This document shows, piece by piece, positions 36,977 through 41,777 of a DNA stretch of 41,777 nt. A program made the position numbers and the translations under genes. Below the pieces are notes generated by a model. It did not search any database and was not told where the DNA came from. It was given only the letters and a program-made list of their open reading frames with translations. Every line of letters begins with the position of its first letter. Within the stretch, counting starts at the first letter, position 1. Source of the stretch: an uncultured Bdellovibrionales bacterium (lineage in GTDB: Bacteria; Bdellovibrionota_C; UBA2361; SZUA-149; JADYYL01); assembly GCA_964401925.1 (NCBI GenBank), contig CAYOAK010000003.1, positions 1 through 41,777 on the forward strand, written 5' to 3'.

Positions 36977-37714
36977 CTATTCGTCTCCGTGCACATCGCC
37001 CCAATCCATCGGATCCATGCGTTGCATAGCTCCGTCAGGAGTGACCTGGTTGTAGACCCCCATCGAGGGACTGTTCCAAGTATTGTCGTTGTTCTGATAG
37101 ACGCCCGGCGAATTCGCGTAAGGCAGCTCAGCAACTTCGCCCGTTTCAGAGTTTCGATAGTACTGATTGCCTTGAATCGCACCCTGTACATACAGGCCGT
37201 GGTTAACGTCGCCGCGCTGCTGATTATTCATCCACGCTTGGTTTCCGCTATCGATAGCCTGTTGCCCCGCTCTCCAAGCTTCGTTCTGACCGTCGATTCG
37301 CTGCTGACTCGCTTTGTAGCGCTCCTGTCCCCGGCGGAACATCTCCTCCTGCGCTCTGAATCCGGCGCTGGGACCGGGGTTCGCGTTCATTCGTGCAGCG
37401 GCCTGCTCCTTCACCCAATTGTCGACAAACTCTGGGAAGGAGATCTGATGACCGCTGCGCTGAACATACTGTTGGTGCGCTGCAACAAGCTGGGGCGAAG
37501 GGTTGCGGATGAGCTCCTGCAGCTGCGCTTGGGCCTGCATCTGGGTCTGCCTCATTATCTGCTGCATCTGCATGTCCGATTGCTGCATCTGCTGGTTCAG
37601 CATGTCCATCTGCTGCTGGTAATCCTGAGCGCGGACCTGAGCTGGGGCGAGCACTAAAGCAACGAGGAGCGCTCCGAAGGCACTAACGTATACGTGACGA
37701 AAACAACGGATCAT
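36977..37714 (-). CDS. secreted Gln/Met/Asn-rich protein
   Basis: Signal peptide (VSAFGALLVALVLAPAQVRA), then QQQMDMLNQQMQQSDMQMQQIMRQTQMQAQAQLQ and further Q/N-rich repeats (GQNEAWRAGQQAIDSGNQAWMNNQQ). Confidence 0.7.
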   Translation of the reverse strand: MIRCFRHVYVSAFGALLVALVLAPAQVRAQDYQQQMDMLNQQMQQSDMQMQQIMRQTQMQAQAQLQELIRNPSPQLVAAHQQYVQRSGHQISFPEFVDNWVKEQAAARMNANPGPSAGFRAQEEMFRRGQERYKASQQRIDGQNEAWRAGQQAIDSGNQAWMNNQQRGDVNHGLYVQGAIQGNQYYRNSETGEVAELPYANSPGVYQNNDNTWNSPSMGVYNQVTPDGAMQRMDPMDWGDVHGDE

Positions 37715-37825
37715 TTTGGTAGCTCCTCTTTGCCAGATTGGCGCGTAATCACGCCGCCGAGTGGATATAGCACAACCAGCTGCAGGAACATCCGCAGTAT
37801 TTAACCAAGAAGCGGCGGCTGATTG

Positions 37826-38830
37826 TTAGCGAGTTCCCGAACCAGATTGGTGGTGCGAAGGCACGGCTGGCCGGTGCTTCAGATACTCCTCGGTATGGGG
37901 CCCGAGCTTTCCTCGCCAGTCAATCGACCCGCCAAGTGGCATGCCCATTACTTGCGCGAAAGGGTATCCGTCGAGCAGCATTGCATAGGCAAACGGAACA
38001 ACGTCCTTACGCAGATGGGAGAGCGGATCTCGAAGCGTCATGCCCGGATGCCCACGATCAGCAGTACCGGCCCCCTGCTGCGGATCTGTGATAAATCTGC
38101 CGGCCGAGTCGTACATCGCCTGATGACCAACCCGCTCACCGTTTTCCAGCACTACCGGTTTGCTTCTCGCTTCGAACGCCGAACCGACATGGTAATAATC
38201 CGCAGCCATCGCTCCGGAGACTGCGGGCGCTTCCCACTGCGACGGTTCACATCCTGCCTTCTGGTTGAAGCGGGGTTTTCCGCCAACGACCTCAACGCTG
38301 TCGCATGGCTTGGGCAAACGTAGCGTCCAGGCAGTGCCTCTCTGTTGCTCGGCCGCTGCCCAAGCATTGAACGCTTCGCGCGTCTCAGGCGACACAAAAG
38401 TCAGAAACATCTCCTTCGGCTTTTCACTTCGATCCGCCGGTGTAATCCGCAGCTTATAGCTGACGAAGTTCCCCTCGCCTCGCGGTGGATTGATTGTCAG
38501 CTCTCCCTTCTCGGGATCGATGATCCCGGCACGCACACGCAGGCTCTCGAAGTTTTCGTGAGGACGTTTTGGCGTTTGAAAGTCGAACGCGCCGCCAAAT
38601 TTCTGTTCGACAAAGCGCTGAACGAGCGCGTCGACGGTGGGGAACGCGCGGGGGAGCAGATGCGGCTCTGTCGGAGAGTCGGGCAGGACCTCAATTTTGT
38701 CGGAGGCCTTGGCACCGAGAGCAGCGCGCAAATTAATAGTCTGAGGAACCTGATGATCCAGCACGATGGCACGCGCCCCATCCGGCGTGTGCATCTTCGG
38801 ATGTAAAAGCGTCGCTGCGCCGGTGGCCAT
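37826..38830 (-). CDS. hypothetical protein (no signal peptide)
   Basis: 334-aa ORF with coding-like composition. The overlapping plus-strand ORFs are Arg/Ser-rich shadows. No motif recognised. Confidence 0.65.
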   Translation of the reverse strand: MATGAATLLHPKMHTPDGARAIVLDHQVPQTINLRAALGAKASDKIEVLPDSPTEPHLLPRAFPTVDALVQRFVEQKFGGAFDFQTPKRPHENFESLRVRAGIIDPEKGELTINPPRGEGNFVSYKLRITPADRSEKPKEMFLTFVSPETREAFNAWAAAEQQRGTAWTLRLPKPCDSVEVVGGKPRFNQKAGCEPSQWEAPAVSGAMAADYYHVGSAFEARSKPVVLENGERVGHQAMYDSAGRFITDPQQGAGTADRGHPGMTLRDPLSHLRKDVVPFAYAMLLDGYPFAQVMGMPLGGSIDWRGKLGPHTEEYLKHRPAVPSHHQSGSGTR

Positions 38831-39073
38831 GGCACCTCTCAGTTCGGATCGAATTTGTGCCCATCGTTATTACCCGTCCGCATCGAGGGATGCGCTTCGC
38901 GGTTAATTTTTCGGCGGCGGGAGATTATCAGGCTGGACAACCTTGAATGTTATCAGCGGACTACTAAATCTGGATAGAACCTGCTCTGTAACAAAGGGGG
39001 GCCGTATTTCTGGAAACGACTGTGATACGACTCGGAATAATCTTCGAACGAGACTCAATTCACGCCGGCTTCA

Positions 39074-39961
39074 ATGACTCAGACTACCAATCGGATCGGC
39101 CCTAAGATCGGCCTCGTTCAACCACTGGATCATCCCACGTACGACCGCGTCTACAACGGTGCTCTTTTTCACAATAGCACTGAGTACCGGCGCGCAGACG
39201 GATCGGAAGGTCCGATGTTCTATTACGTCAAGCCGATCGTGCAGTCGCTTAAACCGAAAACCATGCTCAGCATCGGCGCGGGGACGGCCGCATATGACGC
39301 TGCCCTTCTGCGAAGCGCCGGCCACTTTGTTGATCGCTATATAATCGTCGAGCCGAATCCCCATCATGCCAAGCACATCTCTGACAACTTAACGCGCGAG
39401 TCTGCTGGCGAGGTCACCGTAATTCAGCAGATGTTCGGCCCGGAATTCGAGCTCGCCGAACTATCGGGCTACCGCCCCGACCTGATCATGTTCGCGCATT
39501 CCCTTTATTTCATTCCGAATCCTGAAATGGCGGTGAAACACGCGCTCTCGCTTCTCGCCCCCGGTGGTAAGCTCCTCATTCAGCATGGAGCCGACGACAC
39601 GAGGATTCGCGAAGGATACGCCGAGTTCAATGTCACCTTCGGATTGGAATGGCCCGCCGGTGTCCCACGCCAAGATCACTTGATCACCATTGCGACTATC
39701 TCACGGGGGCTCACCGGGCTGGGAATTGAACACACTGTCAGCCAAGAGCCTGCGACCTTCTTCGTCGACTCCTTCTACAATGGAGACGATGAAACGGCGC
39801 TTCTACTTCTCTGCTTCATGATGAACACCGACGTCAGGAAATTTCCTCAGGAGGCCATCAACTCCTTACGCCAGTGGGTGAAAGACAACAGCAGCCTCAA
39901 TGCCGAAAGTAATCGTTACGAGCTACCTCATCCCCAAGGATTTATTCTGATCGAAGGCTAG
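39074..39961 (+). CDS. class I SAM-dependent methyltransferase, histamine-N-methyltransferase (HNMT)-like
   Basis: SAM motif I MLSIGAGTAAYDAALL, IVEPNP, post-I/II region PDLIMFAHSLYFIPNP, and LLAPGGKLLIQH. Length, motif order and the C-terminal ..GFILIEG resemble, from memory, eukaryotic HNMT (ILSIGGGAGEID.., VVEPS.., MLYYV.., ..SFIVIEA). Confidence 0.75.
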   Translation: MTQTTNRIGPKIGLVQPLDHPTYDRVYNGALFHNSTEYRRADGSEGPMFYYVKPIVQSLKPKTMLSIGAGTAAYDAALLRSAGHFVDRYIIVEPNPHHAKHISDNLTRESAGEVTVIQQMFGPEFELAELSGYRPDLIMFAHSLYFIPNPEMAVKHALSLLAPGGKLLIQHGADDTRIREGYAEFNVTFGLEWPAGVPRQDHLITIATISRGLTGLGIEHTVSQEPATFFVDSFYNGDDETALLLLCFMMNTDVRKFPQEAINSLRQWVKDNSSLNAESNRYELPHPQGFILIEG

Positions 39962-40143
39962 TTTTGCTCCTGATTGGCATTCGGGTCCCGCGTTATTTCC
40001 GTAACGAGATCGCAGCTCTTCACCCCGGCGCCCAACTCTCCGAAGGTAATGCCTGCCGCTTTCAAACTTCATGATCCAGATCTTCGCCCGGAGGCATGAC
40101 GTTTCTAGCGGCTCTCGCGCTTGAAGCCTGCTCGTCCGGTCAA

Positions 40144-40677
40144 CTAGCGCTCGACTGGTGCCACCAGCCCAACCTCCATTTGCGGGGGGGACTCGGCCGA
40201 CTCCGGTATTGGAGTAGCCTCCGCCTCAGATTGAGATTCCTGGCATTCCGATTTTTCTTCGGCTGCTGGGGTTGGATCCGCCTCCACTTCACCGCGGAGC
40301 TGGGTGATCCCCGGAGTCGGTTCGGGCAGGGCAACATCACCGCGTTCGCTTTCCGCGACCGCGCTGGAGCTAATGAGCGCCGTCGAGGCGAGCAGGATGC
40401 CTTTAGAGAGTAGAGTTGCCGAGGCACTCATCGGATCGTTCGTAATTATCGAGCCATCGGCGCGCCGCGAGATGGCTGCACAGAAATGTCCGTCGGTGCG
40501 ATTAATCAACGCATCGATCTCACGGCGGCTCAGCTTCGCCAGATCGTAGACGGGCTTCACACATTCCTTACAGAACCAGCCTTCCTTTGACTGATCGGCG
40601 TTCTGTTCAAAGTTCGATACCGGGCAGGGGCTCCCCACTCGAAGCTGATCAACGATTTTCAACTTGCTTTTGAACAT
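40144..40677 (-). CDS. hypothetical membrane protein with N-terminal Cys-rich zinc-ribbon-like domain
   Basis: PCPV...(13)...FCKECVKPVYDLAKLSRREIDALI, then a TM helix (ILLASTALISSSAVA) and an acidic Pro/Glu-rich tail. Confidence 0.6.
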   Translation of the reverse strand: MFKSKLKIVDQLRVGSPCPVSNFEQNADQSKEGWFCKECVKPVYDLAKLSRREIDALINRTDGHFCAAISRRADGSIITNDPMSASATLLSKGILLASTALISSSAVAESERGDVALPEPTPGITQLRGEVEADPTPAAEEKSECQESQSEAEATPIPESAESPPQMEVGLVAPVER

Positions 40678-40881
40678 AGGAGGCCTCGGGAAATTGACGC
40701 TTCGATTATGCTCGACTGATTAACCGCCGAGCTTGAGAATCTTCCCGGTATACACGGCTGGCATGGAGGGAGTTTCAAGCTCCTGCGGCAGCTGAAGCCT
40801 TGAACACAAACGCTAATTTCACGCTTTTGCTACGAAATTCGGAGTGCCGGGCGGCGTTGCTCGTGATAGTTCGCGGGCGAG

Positions 40882-41334
40882 ATGAACAGCAACGAGCCGA
40901 CGCCCGACTTCCATCAATTGAAAGCTCTGGAGACGATATTCCAGAAGCGAAAGCGCAGGGCAAAACAGTGGGCACTCGTTGTGAGCGCAGGATTCGTCGG
41001 TGAGGTTCTCATCAAGCTCGCTATGCGGCACGGGACTACAGGCATCTCTCGCCCAAATTTGGAGCAGTTAGCATTTGCTTCAAAAGCGATCGGTGTCGCC
41101 TCTCTGTTTTATCTGTGGCTTCGAGTATGGAGATGTCCGGCCTGTGACAGCAGACTCGGTGTAACCAAGCTTCCTTGGCGCAAGGTGCATCGGACACGTT
41201 TCTGTCCGTACTGCGAAGTGCCGCTTGAATTTTCGGATGACCCGGAAGTGACAAAGTTGGCGTTGCAACGACTGAGCTCGCCCGGGGTCCGGGAAGCGCT
41301 CGACCGATCGAAGGGCACTCGGCAATCTTCCTGA
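40882..41334 (+). CDS. hypothetical protein with two TM-like helices and a CPxC...CPYC zinc ribbon
   Basis: WALVVSAGFVGEVLIKL and AIGVASLFYLWL are hydrophobic segments. CPACDSRLG...(17)...FCPYCEV forms a four-Cys ribbon. Confidence 0.5.
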   Translation: MNSNEPTPDFHQLKALETIFQKRKRRAKQWALVVSAGFVGEVLIKLAMRHGTTGISRPNLEQLAFASKAIGVASLFYLWLRVWRCPACDSRLGVTKLPWRKVHRTRFCPYCEVPLEFSDDPEVTKLALQRLSSPGVREALDRSKGTRQSS

Positions 41335-41392
41335 ACGCAACTATACACGCGAGCAATGTCATCCCCACTTTGCCTTTGCGCGAAATAAAATC

Positions 41393-41438
41393 GGGAGAAG
41401 AGCCGTTCGTTAAACGGCTCCTCCCGATCACATACATC
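41393..41438 (-). terminator. rho-independent terminator between convergent genes
   Basis: ATCGGGAG-AA-GAGCCGTT / loop CGTTA / AACGGCTC-CTCCCGAT, two 8-bp stem segments with a 2-nt bulge. On the minus strand it is followed by TTTTATTT. Confidence 0.6.
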
Positions 41439-41460
41439 CTTTGCGGATTCGTGATTCAGC

Positions 41461-41777
41461 TCAGCTCACATAGCTCGCCAAATTACTGAGGCATTCGTTC
41501 CATCCGCCGGTATGAGAGGCACGTTCCTCAGCGGTCGAAAGCAACTCATGGGTCAGCGTAATTTCAGTCGCCTCACCCACTTCTCGTAACTCCACCGTGA
41601 CCCGCGTGTTCTGCACTGAAGGTGAGTTCCAGGTGAAGACAAGTTTCTCCGGCGGTTTCAGCTCAAGGTACTCTCCTGAATGCCTGTAGACCTTGGTCCC
41701 GGCGGCGGTGGGCTCAACCACGACGGTGGGTTTGCAGTCAACATTCTGGTCTGCCGGTAGAATCATGTCGTGGGTAT
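41461..41777 (-). CDS. SRPBCC / AHSA1 (activator of Hsp90 ATPase homolog 1-like) domain protein, probably 5'-truncated by the window edge
   Basis: ..KLVFTWNSP....RVTVELREVGEATEITLTHE.......RASHTGGWNECLSNLASYV is the typical C-terminal two-thirds of AHSA1/SRPBCC proteins. The frame stays open to the window end. Confidence 0.75.
   Translation of the reverse strand, partial: THDMILPADQNVDCKPTVVVEPTAAGTKVYRHSGEYLELKPPEKLVFTWNSPSVQNTRVTVELREVGEATEITLTHELLSTAEERASHTGGWNECLSNLASYVS

Noticed and set aside
36989-37657. 222-aa plus-strand ORF (Leu/His/Arg-rich)
   Set aside because: It is the antisense image of the CAG/CTG-rich Gln tract of the secreted Q-rich protein. The minus-strand product has a signal peptide.
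32824-37714. Hsp104/prion-style link between the ClpB-like ATPase and the nearby Q/N/M-rich protein
   Set aside because: The Q-rich protein has a clear signal peptide and would be exported away from a cytoplasmic ATPase. A 199-nt gap also separates it from the operon. I keep it only as a weak idea.
1-41777. Mobile elements, prophage, CRISPR, tRNA/rRNA
   Set aside because: I found no transposase, integrase, recombinase or phage structural ORFs, no terminal inverted repeats flanking a block, no repeat-spacer arrays, and no cloverleaf-like or rRNA-like segments by eye. A tRNAscan/Infernal run would be needed to be certain.

Overview
GC-rich chromosomal window from a diderm bacterium, inferred from lipoprotein and signal peptides, an outer-membrane-type C-terminal Phe, and a flagellin. 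It is densely packed with about 33 protein-coding genes, mostly envelope, secreted or membrane proteins and many orphans. I found no rRNA, tRNA, CRISPR array, transposase or integrase, and no obvious phage or defence genes. Recognisable genes are: aroE; an MBOAT plus AlgJ/AlgX-like O-acetylation pair; a PAS hybrid histidine kinase; a YdjM-like/alpha-beta-hydrolase/polytopic fusion; a frameshifted Ser/Thr kinase with TPR tail; a DUF3015 / DUF4105-barrel / hydrolase cluster; a parallel beta-helix protein; a tandem-lipase lipoprotein; an EamA transporter; a collagen-like glycine-rich protein; a flagellin; a LivJ-type binding protein; a PQQ-type sugar dehydrogenase mosaic; a ClpB-like ATPase; an HNMT-like methyltransferase; and an SRPBCC protein. 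Two candidates stand out. (1) An orphan flagellin (24525-26378) has conserved N- and C-terminal flagellin helices, but its central variable region is a complete seven-repeat FG-GAP (integrin-alpha-type) beta-propeller. A near-consensus sigma-28 promoter precedes it. (2) A tightly packed minus-strand operon (36777-31977) encodes a 565-aa all-coiled-coil orphan, an N-domain-less ClpB/Hsp104-type double AAA+ protein with a degenerate first nucleotide-binding domain, and a membrane protein. All family calls come from motif recognition by eye and need HMM or structure confirmation.
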